From NCBI GenBank assembly GCA_964036045.1, contig OZ038379.1, forward strand, positions 20,398,001-20,462,000: a stretch of 64,000 nucleotides of DNA, given 5' to 3'. The stretch comes from Eutreptiella sp. 'Long Island Sound 2002' (Eukaryota > Protista > Euglenida). Below are positions 1-11,449 of this stretch, piece after piece. The position numbers and the translations under genes are program-made. The stretch's first letter is position 1. Each line of letters starts with the position of its first letter. The notes under the pieces are model-generated. The model was not told the origin of the DNA and ran no database searches. It saw only the letters and a list, made by a program, of their open reading frames with translations.

Positions 1-695
1 TCAAATGGTTCGGTGCGTCCCCTGAGAACGAGGCAGACGACTGTGCAATCCCTGCTGTCTGGCCCCTGATCCTTGTGCCCCAGTCCTCTGCACCCCGACC
101 ACTGGCCCCCTGTTCCCTGGGGAAGTACTTGCGCTGGGCGCACGTTTTGAGGTGGTTGTGGCAGGAACGGCCAGTTTGGGTCCCACGACCAATTCCCGCC
201 ATGCGATTCCGACATTTGGTTGGCGACGAGGTTGCGGAAGGGACGTATGGCGTGCACTGCCGCGCCGGCACGGTCAGCTGCCGAAGACTTGGCTGAAGAA
301 GCCCGAGATCACCAGGTCAAGGGGTTGAGGGGGGTGGTCCATAAAGGCAGCCTTGGGCACGGCTCGGCAGAGGTGTGCACACATCGGTCAGGCTGCCATA
401 TCCCCCGTTCTGTGGTCCGGGCTGTACATCGTCACCCTCGAATCGAGGGCGGTTTTGGTGCCTGTCCATTGGCTGATGCGGTCATTGCATCCGCCGACTT
501 TGCCCGCACCCCCGTTGGAGAGCCCTTAGGACTTTCCGCCACGTCACCTTTTCCCGAAACGCCGCTTCCGCGGTATAATGCCATTGCGACGGCGTGACGC
601 TTGCCGGCGGGCCCGGCGCCGCGCCGAAACTCATTTCGGGTAAGTCCAGGGCGCTGCTGTTTCGCTGGGCCATTTCTCCGCTGTGTCATTCGCAG

Positions 696-1114
696 GCGGG
701 TCTTTCCGATGCCCTGACTTGGAGTGAATCCCAACAGTCCATGAGGGTCTCCGTCTCAGTGAAAGAGGGGCTCCGGCCGGACGGGAGTCCCCAAGTGGTG
801 CGTGCTCACAACTTCAACCGAAGTCATCAATCATCAAAGTCAAGCCTCAGCCACAGCCACGCATCCATCAGACGAGTGGTCGCCGGCTCGGTCAGCAGCA
901 TGATCAGCCGCAGCAGCTCTACAGACAGCGCATGCAGCGCCTGTTCCAACCACACCACACAAGCGTCTGTGCAGCAGCAAGCAATTCGAAGCCCGAAGTG
1001 CTATAAAGTGAGGAGCCGGCGCACGCTGCCCCTCAATTTAGACCTGGGACTGACGAAGGTCGCCGCCACAATTCTACGCGTCCAGCTTCATCGGATTCCC
1101 TTTAGTGACTGCAG
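696..1114 (+). CDS. Internal exon of a multi-exon class III nucleotidyl cyclase-like gene (Ser-rich linker plus start of cyclase domain 1)
   Basis: Acceptor ttcgcag|GCG at 695/696 and donor AG|gtctcg at 1114/1115 (phase 2). Ends KVAATILRVQLHRIPFSDC and joins in phase to exon 1662. Confidence 0.6.
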
Positions 1115-1661
1115 GTCTCGCAGACATCTCCCACCAAGATCTCTTGCCGCTCACCACCTGTCCACTTCCTGCCATACCCTGGCTGGCCATCTTTGAGCCT
1201 CCCCCACCTCTTCAGCACACTTCCTGAACTCTCGCCGCCTGCCGGACCTCTTATGCGATTCCCAGACGTCGTGCAGCCTCTCCCATTGTCACCTCCTTCA
1301 GACTTGTCCTAGCCTTTGCCAAACGCTTCCAGTTCCCCTCTGCTGCCCTGGGCCCTGCGGAGCGAAGTTTGGAGGGTGCTCTCCACCACTGATGTGGAAG
1401 TTGTACCTGCGGGCTCTGGGTCATGTCAGTGCTGCGTTGCATTTCCAAACATTTCGCCCATAGTGTCGCCAGTGGAGTGTGCTGCCTGTGCTACAGGCCG
1501 TGCGGCCCCAACGTTCTGTTCTCGGGCTGAAGGCCTGTGGACCCTGAACTCCGAGTGCGGAGCCGTGACTCATAGCCCTCTCCCAGAGCTCACTCTTTCT
1601 CTTTCACCCTCTCCGAGACGTCTTCCGGAGCTCACCTGCCCTTTCCACTCTTCTCTCCCAG

Positions 1662-1837
1662 GAACACAGAGCATGCCATAACGCATTTTCTACTGAACCT
1701 CCATGAACACGTCAATGAGAACAATGGGCTGGTGGTCAGCTGCACGGGTGATCAGGCTTTGGCCGTGTGGAAGGCACGGAACCCTCTGGCGGCGCTAACC
1801 TGTGCGATGGCGCTACAGCAGGCGCTCAATACAAAGG
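1662..1837 (+). CDS. Exon of the cyclase-like gene, core of cyclase domain 1
   Basis: Pyrimidine tract ttctctcccag|G, donor G|gtcagt. Encodes NTEHAITHFLLNLHEHVNENNGLVVSCTGDQALAVWKARNPLAALTCAMALQQAL, resembling the GGxVxKFxGDxVMAVW...AALxMQ core of class III cyclases. Confidence 0.7.
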
Positions 1838-2784
1838 GTCAGTCCCACACTCAGGTGCATTGCCTTGTCGACAGAGCAGAGGGAGGAGGTACGGGCTCCG
1901 CTCACCGTCACCACCATCCCCCCAACCTGATCCAAACAACCCCCAGCTTTGTTCGAACGGCGCCAACAGGCGCCAGCACCCCTCCCTGGATCACTGAGAG
2001 CGCGCATTGAGGCACATCAGGATTCCGGTCTTGATGAGCCCTTCCCCGCCCACTCTCCCTGACGTCGCTTGCGTACGGACGTCGGTACTAAACCCTAACG
2101 ACCTCGAAGAGGCGCCTAAGAGCCGTCGGTGCAAGCGCGCCTCACTGACGTTTGTGCTAAACCCCCGCCCTCACTGTTGCACATCGACTCACTGTCTTCA
2201 CGTGACGATGAGCTGCTCACACCAGGGGTATGTCTCCTCCAAGCCCAGACCATCCCAAATCTCTTCCACTCGCTGGCGCTTCTCCAACGGCTGCTCATTG
2301 TTGGGATGCGATTTGCGCCCTTCCTCCGCCAAGCCAGTCAGCTTAAGGCGCTCGGCCATAAGCGACGATGGTCGTCTCCGGAATCACTCCGGGATCACTC
2401 TTAAGGGGAGCGTTAGCGCGCCGGGCATCTTTTTTGACCCATGCCCCACCGGTGGCCTTTTAGGGGGTGCACTAAGGGGGCGCACTTAGCGCAGTGCAGC
2501 TATTTGGGCATCTGGCTGTACTAGAGACCCATACTTTGAGATACTAGGGGCATCATTGTGACCCCTAGTGTGGGTTTTAACTTCTGATTTTGTCCCCTTT
2601 GTTGGGGACCCCCGAGAATGCAGGGGTGACGTAGCATTTCTGCCCTCTTTTGGGCCCCCGAGAAGGCAGGGGTGAGGCAGCCACTTCTGATTTTGTTCCC
2701 CTTTACTTGGGGATCCCCAAGAATGCAGGGGTGACGTAGCATTTCCGCCCTCTTTTGGGCCCCTGAGAAGGCAGGGGTGAGGGA

Positions 2785-3181
2785 CTTGCAATCCACGCTT
2801 CGTTGCATGGCCCCTTGAGTTGGGGTTAGGGACTCTGAATCCATGCTTTGTTGCGTGGCCTGTGGACTGGGGGTTAGGGACTCTGAATCCACGCTTTGTT
2901 GCGTGGCCCCTTGAGTTGGGGTTAGGGACTCTGAATCCACGGTTTGTTGCGTGGCCCCTTGAGTTGGGGTTAGGGACTCTGAATCCACGGTTTGTTGCGT
3001 GGCCCCTTGAGTTGGGGTTAGGCACTCTGAATCCACGCTTTGTTGCGTGGCCCCTTGAGTTGGGGTTAGGGACTCTGAATCCACGGTTTGTTGCGTGGCC
3101 CCTTGAGTTGGGGTTAGGCACTCTGAATCCACGCTTTGTTGCGTGGCCCCTTGAGTTGGGGTTAGGGACTCTGAATCCACG
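2785..3181. repeat. 48-bp tandem array (~8 units), each containing GGGGTTAGGG
   Basis: CTCTGAATCC recurs at 2833, 2881, 2929, 2977, 3025, 3073, 3121 and 3169. No spacers. Confidence 0.95.
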
Positions 3182-3184
3182 CAC

Positions 3185-3536
3185 TGGGCAGCTGTTTGCT
3201 CGGTTGTGGCATTGGGGTTTGGTGTTTGGTTAGGAACATCTGGCGTGGCGGCCCCAATGAGTTGCACCAGTCCGTATTTTGTTGCATTTTACACAATTGT
3301 GCATCCGGAGGCAAGTCCGTCAGCCCCCCTACGGACCATGGGAGCATGTCCCGCCTCATGTTTGGACTGACCAAAGCAACTCGGCCGCCACGCAAGATGA
3401 GGCAGAGGATGAGGCAAAAGTGTGTGTGTTGTGTTGCCAGAAGTGCTCCACCGTCACAGTTTGTGATGAGTGTAAGGAGCACTATTGTACTGAATGTATT
3501 GACACCCACACTTGTGGGACCAATGTTCTTTGTTAA
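3185..3536 (+). pseudogene. 3' fragment of Harbinger-like transposase with Cys-rich C-terminal finger
   Basis: LLHFTQLCIRRQVRQPPYGPWEHVP...CVLCC...CDECKEHYCTECIDTHTC, homologous to 16833-17531. Stops upstream. Confidence 0.85.
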
Positions 3537-3933
3537 GTACAATACAAATGACATTTGGAGTTGTTGAATTCACAGCTATTTATTATGCAACGTGCTTTGT
3601 AGGGAAGGTGTGCAGTGCAACGTGGTCTACTTGGGGGGCTCCTCCATGAGAGGGCAAATCTGGGGCTGAAATCGGGATAGTTAATAGAAAAGTAGCGCGC
3701 CAGGCGCGCGCCAGGCAAACATTACCCCTTAGTGCATAGTCGTAGGTACGGCGCTAGAGGCGCTGGCACAGATTGTCCGTGGATACGGCACTAGAGGCGC
3801 CGTCACATTTCTTGTTCATTGTATTGTCCAGGAAGGTCAGTGCACGCCTTTAGGCGTCCGGGGTAAGATTTTGATTCTTCCTCCCTCCCCGCACGACCCC
3901 TGACTCTTCCCGTGTTCTGGCTTTGCCCCGCAG

Positions 3934-4015
3934 TGTATCGCTAACATCAGTGCTGAACTGTCATCCATTACTGTCGGCACCCCGCCTGGTCAGCGTGTAA
4001 TGATGGCTGTCACTG
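3934..4015 (+). CDS. Candidate exon of the cyclase-like gene
   Basis: ccccgcag|TGT...ACTG|gtatcc, open frame CIANISAELSSITVGTPPGQRVMMAVT. Phases do not reconcile with neighbouring exons using GT-AG sites only. Confidence 0.3.
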
Positions 4016-4550
4016 GTATCCGTGCTGAACAACGAGTCTGTGTGTGACCCTGAACCACCCATGGAGCTGTGTTGCCGCCTGCCGGTGCTGCTTGAACTTG
4101 TCGGTGCCGCTTGAACAAAATCGTGTTGGCGCCTGGCGGCGCCGGTTGGACAATGGATTGATGGATGGATGGATGGATGGATGGATCAAGACAGTCATTA
4201 CATTGAACTGTGAGAGTTTTCCGGAGTGCTTCCGGAGGGTAACAACAATCGGTGCATTATGGCCAAACAACCCCCATGGATGATGCGCGACACAAAACGA
4301 CACAAGACGAAGATTACAGACTACAACACAGATGTGAGGCGACAGGGTAAAGTGAGGAGAAGGGTATCAAGACCGGGCATAAGCCTCGGGGTGCCTAGCG
4401 GCGCCTTGGGGGATACATGGACGATCTGTGTGGTGATGTCGCTGCCTTGGTGAGATTCATGACTATTCCTGTGTGCGCCTCCTGCGCCGTATTTGCACAC
4501 TGATAAGCGTCACACTTTTTACTGTGATTGATGTTGGAGTGATTCTGCAG

Positions 4551-4595
4551 GGTAATGACCATGGTCGTTCTATGGCCAAACAACCCCCAAACAAG
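4551..4595 (+). CDS. Exon of the cyclase-like gene (domain 2, VMTMVVLWPNNPQT)
   Basis: ctgcag|G...AG|gtgct. Phase 2 end matches exon 4811. Resembles the VMAVW strand of cyclases. Confidence 0.55.
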
Positions 4596-4810
4596 GTGCT
4601 ATTTGTGTCAATTTTGGCATCCATGGGCTTTGACGCTGCAATATTGCCTTTCAGCAATAACAGAATTCACTTTCTGTGCGTGGTGCCTTGGAATTGAGTC
4701 GGTTGAGTTGGCCAAGGGAAGGGGATTTGAGCATGACAGCATTTGCATTTTTTGCCCCTGCAAAGAGCCTTCACATGGCAAAGTTCATGTCATTTCTGTG
4801 ATTTTGTCAG

Positions 4811-4901
4811 GATGGACGCTTATGTTGCGGATCATGTATTTTGGAGCTTTGGTGCCATTTGTGTAGAGGAATTTGCGCATGGAACACAAACACTTAACAT
4901 T
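4811..4901 (+). CDS. Exon of the cyclase-like gene (MDAYVADHVFWSFGAICVEEFAHGTQTLNI)
   Basis: ttttgtcag|G...ATT|gtatga. Phase-compatible with exons 4551 and 5542. Confidence 0.6.
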
Positions 4902-5541
4902 GTATGACCACACTGTCACCCCCGAGTACGCCTGAGAGAGCAGTATGTGGCCAATCTATGGACCATTGGGTGTTTCAAGCACAGTCTGCTTATTCTTAAG
5001 ACAAGTGTAAAGTGGGATCCGAGGGTTTGACTGGCTGAAAACTGACCCTGTGGGGTGCCACAAGCGGTCAAGGATGACTATCTTTGACAGATCTGAGCTC
5101 CTTTGTGGAACCAAGAAACTTTGAGAGTGGGATTGTGCATGGGATGGTTCCACCAGAACAGGATAGAACATGGCTGCCAAATTGATTTGTGCCGTCATCA
5201 GTTTGGAAATACCAAGTAAACAAAGATTGTTTGCCAAAAAGGCAGCAACTGTCGGCAGCTTTAATGCATATTGCTGTATGGGTTTGGGTTTCTGCCTCAG
5301 GGGTGCAAGGTTTGGATGCACCCCCCCCCCCCCCCCCACACACACACCACCACCACCCATTCACATCCAAAGCCCCAAGCATAACGACAACCAAAGATCC
5401 AGGGTAGCAGACAGCCCCACAGGACAAGTACTGCGCCAAGAAAGGAAGCAGAGGAAAGCACAAAGGGCACAAGCAACATGCTTTACTTGAGCAGACCGAT
5501 GTGTCAAGGTCAGAATATTTCGCTTGCTTCTGCTGTCTCAG

Positions 5542-6141
5542 GTGGTCCAGTCGGGGTCTTACTTAATTGGAAACGTGGGCAACGAGACCATCCGGTGCCT
5601 GAACGTTGTCAGCCCAGAGGCTTCGAAAGCCGAGCAGCTGCTGTCCTTTGGCCGCCCAGACCACAGTGAGATCTTCATCACGCATGAGGAGTACACATAT
5701 GCCACATACCACTTCACGTGCCTTCCATATTTGTATGCGCACCTTTTAAATGAGTCTACGACGGTCTACAGCGTACTCCCTCCGCCCCGCGAAGAGTACG
5801 AGCCGCAAGAGTGGATGTATCATCTCAATGCCGGCCGCTCCACCCCACCACACGCGACGAATGCTGCCCTGAAGAACCTTTGGACGGTCTTTCGGGCGCC
5901 TGGTGCAGCCCGTGAAGCAGAGCTACGTCACGCACAGCAGGCGCTGGAGCAGATGCAGGAGGTTCCTGAGTGGTATTGCGGACACATCGCCCGCTTAATC
6001 AAAGGCAATACCAGGCTGACGCCGCAGAAATCCATGGGCCTTTCACTCGATTCAGTGGCACACAGCTCAAGTCAGGATGATGGCGCTGGGGCTTCAGATC
6101 CAAAGAGAGACGATGACCGAGATAATGGGCCGGAGCCCTGA
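5542..6141 (+). CDS. Terminal exon of the cyclase-like gene (C-terminal half of degenerate cyclase domain 2 plus acidic tail)
   Basis: tgctgtctcag|GTG. VVQSGSYLIGNVGNETIRCLNVVSPEASKAEQLL resembles GIxxGxxxVGNVGxxxRxxxTVIGDxVNxAxRL. TGA stop at 6139-6141. Confidence 0.7.
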   Translation: MVQSGSYLIGNVGNETIRCLNVVSPEASKAEQLLSFGRPDHSEIFITHEEYTYATYHFTCLPYLYAHLLNESTTVYSVLPPPREEYEPQEWMYHLNAGRSTPPHATNAALKNLWTVFRAPGAAREAELRHAQQALEQMQEVPEWYCGHIARLIKGNTRLTPQKSMGLSLDSVAHSSSQDDGAGASDPKRDDDRDNGPEP

Positions 6142-6348
6142 CCAGGAGATTCTGCGTGAGGCTTAGTGGGGTCTCGTACGGCGACAGCATCGCCCCCCAA
6201 GGGGTGCAGCAGCAGCATGTGGCTGAAGATGGCGGCCAGGGCGCTGCAAGCACAGTCCAATGCGCCTCATTGCCCTTTTTCGAAGGCTGAAGTCTAATGC
6301 CGGAGTGCTTTATTGTGTAAGAATGCTGTGTAGGAACCAGACGTGCCA

Positions 6349-6631
6349 CTAGTGTGTGGCAGGGGAAACGAGTTTCTTTAGGAAATAGCCCCATGCCATG
6401 TGCCACTTGGTGCTTTCTATTCCCTTCACACCCGCAACTCGGTAGGAAACAGCTGCATTCTGTGCCCGACTCAGCTCTACTTGATCATGTCTGATGTGTA
6501 TAAAAGGGATTTTGCACCGGATGGTTTGCGATGCATCGGTGATATTCCCATAAGACGGAAGAATGCGATCACAGCAGATTGTTGTTGCCCAACTCTGATG
6601 CTCTTCGTTGCAGATGGACTGTGTCTGGTGT
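6349..6631 (-). CDS. Candidate terminal exon of an unknown minus-strand gene
   Basis: ctttcag| acceptor, then an open 94-codon frame HQTQSICNEEHQSWATTICCDRILPSYGN...WHMAWGYFLKKLVSPATH*. Upstream exons not found. Confidence 0.3.
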
Positions 6632-9600
6632 CTGAAAGGGTTTGAGACCAGGTTTTGAGTGAGCTACAGACACATACTGCAGCTTCCAACGCAGCCCTGA
6701 ACCCTGCCACAGCGCATCCACACACAGTGCACAGCAGCATTTGAATTAGGTACGGCATGGGTGTTGTAGGTCCTATTCTTCTATCAGAGGCATCAATTTG
6801 CAATGCAAATGATGCGTTGATTCCCATTTCCCGGTCCTGATTTGTCGCTCAAGGTTGCACACCTGGTTTTAGTGCAAGGCTTCCCCAAAATGTGACCATT
6901 GTGGGTTGAGATGCCAGATTCTGACATCACATTAGGGTTGCAAAAGTAGGGTACCACATGGGTGTTGTAGGTCTCACTCTTCTATATGCCTCAGATATGC
7001 CTTGGATCCAGGGCTATTGCAACTTGGGTACGGGCCATCAGAATTCTAATACTGTTCATCTGATGGTTGACTTATTGCATATAAAAAGAAACTCCCAATA
7101 GCTGCCGCCGTGCTTCCTTTGTACGGTGTCCGTGTTCCCTCACCGTTCTCTGTGGGTGTCATCGTGTGGTCAATGGCCATGCAACCGGCTGCTTCCCATT
7201 TTTCCTTGCGTGTCTTTGCCGGCCGGGGTGCTTAGCAAAAGCCCCGTCCGCTGGTTTTTATGCCGGTTCACCCGGCGCTTCTGCAATTGCTGGTTTGCAG
7301 TCCGCACATGCAAGAGCAAAACTACCGCTTGCTGCATGCCGCTCCCGTCTGCCTCTGAACGGGGATGTCTGCCTTCATAAGTAAAGCGCGTTGTTGCCTC
7401 TCTCTTTGATCGCTCTGAGCCGAGGGTGTATTTTTTTTTATAGACTATGAACCATGGAATGTGGCATGGTCGTGGCTGTTGCTTATGTATTTTGCCGGAG
7501 CATGGAATGTGGATGGCACTTGATGCGTCATGTTCCGTGTTGCGTGACCATGTTGGGTGCTGATGTGGGGACCTCTATCAACTATCCTCCAGTTGTGCCA
7601 TATTGTATGGGCATTGACAGCACGTAGGCTGCATCGGGCGTCACGGTCACGCTTGACGCCTCCAGACCCAGTGCGGCCAACCCACTGCAGCCTGAGTGCT
7701 CCAACGGTCGATAGATAGTGCCTCATCCAAGTCATTGGGGCCACGCACCGCCCGGCTCACCGACGTCACAGGTCAGGGGCCAGGGATCAGGGATCCGGGT
7801 ACCCCATTAATCGCACGCCCTGCCTCCCGGCCACATCCATCTGTTTGTGGGGCAAAGACCACGCGTGTTGGACGGCCGCGGGGGCGCGGCCGTGATCAAT
7901 TCACGGTAGCATTCCACACGCCCCAACGCCCCAATGCAACAACACGTGACAGCAGCGGGAAACCGAGATCCCATCAGCCAGTCCAACCTCTTTGGACTGC
8001 GAAGCTGACTGCCGGTACATCCAAGGGGTATGGCCTGGTGTGTGGGGAGGCCTCTTTCGAGGGTGCAGATCAGCAAGGGGCAGGCCACTCTTTGTCTATG
8101 TGTGTGTAGGTTGAGGAATATTCTGGTTGCAGTGCTGTGTGTTGCTGCTGCAGGGACCGATTCCACGGGCATGGGCCAGGACAGGGCTTGGTGGGGGGTC
8201 TGGGGGATAGGGTGGGGTGGGGTGGGGCGATTGGCCGACTCTTGAGGTAACCCATCCCCCCCCCCCCCCCCCTCGTCAATTCAGGGCTGGGCCCAGGAAA
8301 GCGTTGGGGGTGTAGTGGGGATGGGTGGGGACCGATGGGGGCTGCTCGGCGCAACGAGACCCCGCCCGGTGGCAGCCTGCCACCGTGAGTGGCCCGGAGT
8401 AGGCTGTGGTGCAGCCATATATATGTCTCCATTGTGCCTCAACAGGCCAAGGGAGTGCCCCTGCGAATTTTGTGCGAGTCGAAAGTGCAGTCGAGGGAGG
8501 GACTGGCGGTCAGGGCTACGGACGGGGACATGGACGGGGGCAGCAGCTTGTTAATAGTTTGCCCTAACGTGCCCCATCTTTTCGCCGGCGGATTTGACAG
8601 CGGGCGCGCAGTGTACAAGTGGCACAGTGTCGGACGGATGGTGAGACAGTGTTGGAGGGACAGTGCACGAGTGATTTCAGTGGGTAGCTAGAACAGCCAA
8701 CCCAAAAAAGATTTGATTTTTTTTCTGGAAATTCGCATTTGTGTTTGTATTCTATGAACTCCTGCAGCTTTTTTGAATGTCTGTGGACCATGCATTGTCT
8801 TCATTCACGTGTAATCAAGAAATTTGACCCGTGCCCCCCTTCGCTTTCACCCCCTTCATGGCTGGGTGCCTCGTGGGCGGTTGGCCGCTTGCGCGCAGTG
8901 CCTTGCGGGCTGCCGGCCCCCGATTGGTGCCCTTGCTCGTTCGTCCACTCCAGCCCTCACCCCACGCCAACCCCGGCTACAGAACATGGACTGCACCAGC
9001 GCTGGTTGAGTGTGCCATGGTGACACGCTTGACGCTCACGCAGCGCCGGAGCAACAGCCGACTTGCGACGCTATTTGACCGCTTGTGTTGGTAGACGGAT
9101 GTTAATGTCTGCGGCGGCTTCCAGACCTTCACTCAGAGCAGCCCCGCAAGCCACTGTGGACGACCGCCTCCAACTGGACAATTGATTTGGGAGCACGGGT
9201 TGGAGACCCGTGGCGTTCCGTACTGTCGACTTTGTGTTTCGAATGGAGAGAAGGTCCTTATCCTCCCCCCCCCCCCGCTTGTCCAAGCACGGGACCCCGT
9301 CTGACCGTTATTTTCCAGGTTTTTTTGTCTGACCGCAGTTTTGTGGTCAGAAATGTAACGTGACGCGGTTGTGCTCCGATTGTAGAGGGGAAAGGGGGCT
9401 GGATCACGCTTGTGGTCGTTCCTCCTGCTCATACCAACATTCTGCTTGCTACTGCAACCCAATAATGTTCGTTTTGATGTGAATTTCAGCCATGATTACT
9501 GTTGCTATTGCATTCTTTTGGTGCCACGTGTTGCGCGCAAGCACGGTCTTGCCTAAGGACAGGACCTGTCTGACTGTCATTTTCCTGACTTTCAGCATGC

Positions 9601-11449
9601 TTGTGCAAGGGGGACAGGGGTAAGAGCCGAGGAGTGGCACCCACGTCCACACATGTACATTGGATTGGGTTATTGTTTCTGCACACAGATGGAGCTGGAC
9701 ACAGTACCCTAAGTGGTCTGCTAAGCAAGACCATGCGCCAAATACAAACAGTATACGAATGACAGGAGCATGCATGTGTGCTCTTTTTGTGCGTCCGTTT
9801 CGGGGGGGGGGGAGTAGGGCCGATAGCCTAGTGATAGAGTCACTATCGTTAAGCATCTCTGGGCCGCGGTTACTGACCAACCGCTGGCAGGGAGCTGCCA
9901 ATTGCTGGTGGTTATGTGTCAACGGCCTGTGGTCACTGGCGAAAACTTGTCGGGTACCACCAACTGCCTTCTTGTAACCGCTAACTGGTGTCAGTTGGCT
10001 GCCAACTGCTAGTGAATACCTGCAAATTGCACGCACCCACCGTGTCTGTATAAAATCCAATGCCTGCATGCGTACACAAACCGTGTCCTATCAGCTATTT
10101 CGTATCTTCTTCTAGTACGTCGAGCATCATATCTGTCAAGTGCAGGTGGTCATGTTCAGATGGCACTAGAGAGCACCCCCAGAAAGGGTTTGAAACACAG
10201 GCAGAAGACAGAGCGGATGCAATGTCATCCAATGACCTGCGAAGTCGTCGTATCAGTATCATTCGGAAATCTTTCTACCCCCAATACATTGCTTTGGATT
10301 GCCTGCTCCTGCTCTTTCCCCACCAGTGCTCCCCAGAAATTTTTTTTTAAATTGAAGCAGATTGATGCAGCTCCTCGATATGCAGCGCAACCATTCCATG
10401 CAACCGTCAGTGTATCCCTATCTTATCACTGTCGGTGACTGGTCCGGCTGTTGGTGACTGGTCCGGCGCTGTTGGTCCATTTTCGTCGTGTGGTGTCGTT
10501 TTGCTGAAGTGTCACTGAACAGTTTGGGCCATGCAAGACGGTGCTGATTCATGTCTCATTCCTGGAGAACATCATCCGCATGGCATACTATGTGTACATC
10601 ACGGGATCCTCATTATGCTGGGCTGAAATCTTGCATAAGGCACATGCGGTCTCTGTGCCTGTCTGCTATTCCACGGAGAAAGGGGCCTGCACATGTGGGC
10701 GTCGAAGCACGGCTTTGAGGACACAATTCGCGCAAGAGCAAGTCAAATTTTCAGCAATGGACCTGGTATGGAGAGCCAAGAAGTAGCAAGTACGTCCACA
10801 CATGTATATTGCATTCGGCTATTGTTACTGCAAACACATGGAGCTGGGCACACTCTACTGAGTGGTCTTCTGGGGAAGAACACGCGCTAAATACGAAGCT
10901 GCTCCATACAGCATACGAAGACGTATTTTCTTTTACGGGGGAGTGGCATTTGCTTCGTCCACCCCCCCCCCCTCCCTCTCCGGTGGCCTCCTGTAGGGGT
11001 GGGACCTTCACTTTGTGAAGTACAACAAAAGTGCAACCTGGTCACCCTCCCAAGCCTCACCCAAGCATCACAAGCCCGATCCAGCATTGTGACGACTCGC
11101 AGATGAGCAGGAATCCAGGATTCTTTTTTTGTGTGCCGCAGGACTTGTGTAGTGATGCAGGTTTCCACCGCGCCGCAGAAGCTTGTGAGGCATATAGGGG
11201 TCCATAACTGGTCAGTGACCCTGTTGGAGAGGGTGTGGTACAAGCTCGTGCAATTTCCTTGGCAAGATACTTATTTTCTCATCTGCAGCCATGGATTTGC
11301 ATGACAGTTAGCCCTAAGAGCTGTCCAGCATCACAAAAGCCGAGCAAACACCCTCCAGGGATTTTCTGCCCTGAACTGATGTCTGTTCGGAAGGCACAAA
11401 TTGATTTTGAACACTGAACACTGATTCTGAACACTCTCGCCACGGTGCC

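Larger units (their letters stand above)
2404..3728 (+). mobile_element. Non-autonomous PIF/Harbinger-like DNA transposon in an intron of the cyclase-like gene
   Basis: Ends AGGGGAGCGTT...AACATTACCCC (variants of family TIR GGGGGAAYGTT). TTA duplicated at 2401-2403 and 3729-3731. Carries a transposase 3' fragment. Confidence 0.85.

Noticed and set aside
1-320. Minus-strand gag-like frame with a knuckle-like GCRGLGH...DC
   Set aside because: Imperfect motif, truncated by the window edge, no supporting domains.
2230-2360. Minus-strand start exon MAERLKLTGLAEEGRK...
   Set aside because: Lies within the plus-strand cyclase gene, where the plus frame is equally open. The strand cannot be decided and no further exons were found.
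2785-3181. CRISPR-like array
   Set aside because: Units are contiguous with no unique spacers, there are no cas genes, and the context is a eukaryotic transposon.
2486-3267. Long repetitive ORFs (232 aa, 248 aa and 137 aa)
   Set aside because: By-products of a 48-bp (3n) tandem repeat that is open in several frames.
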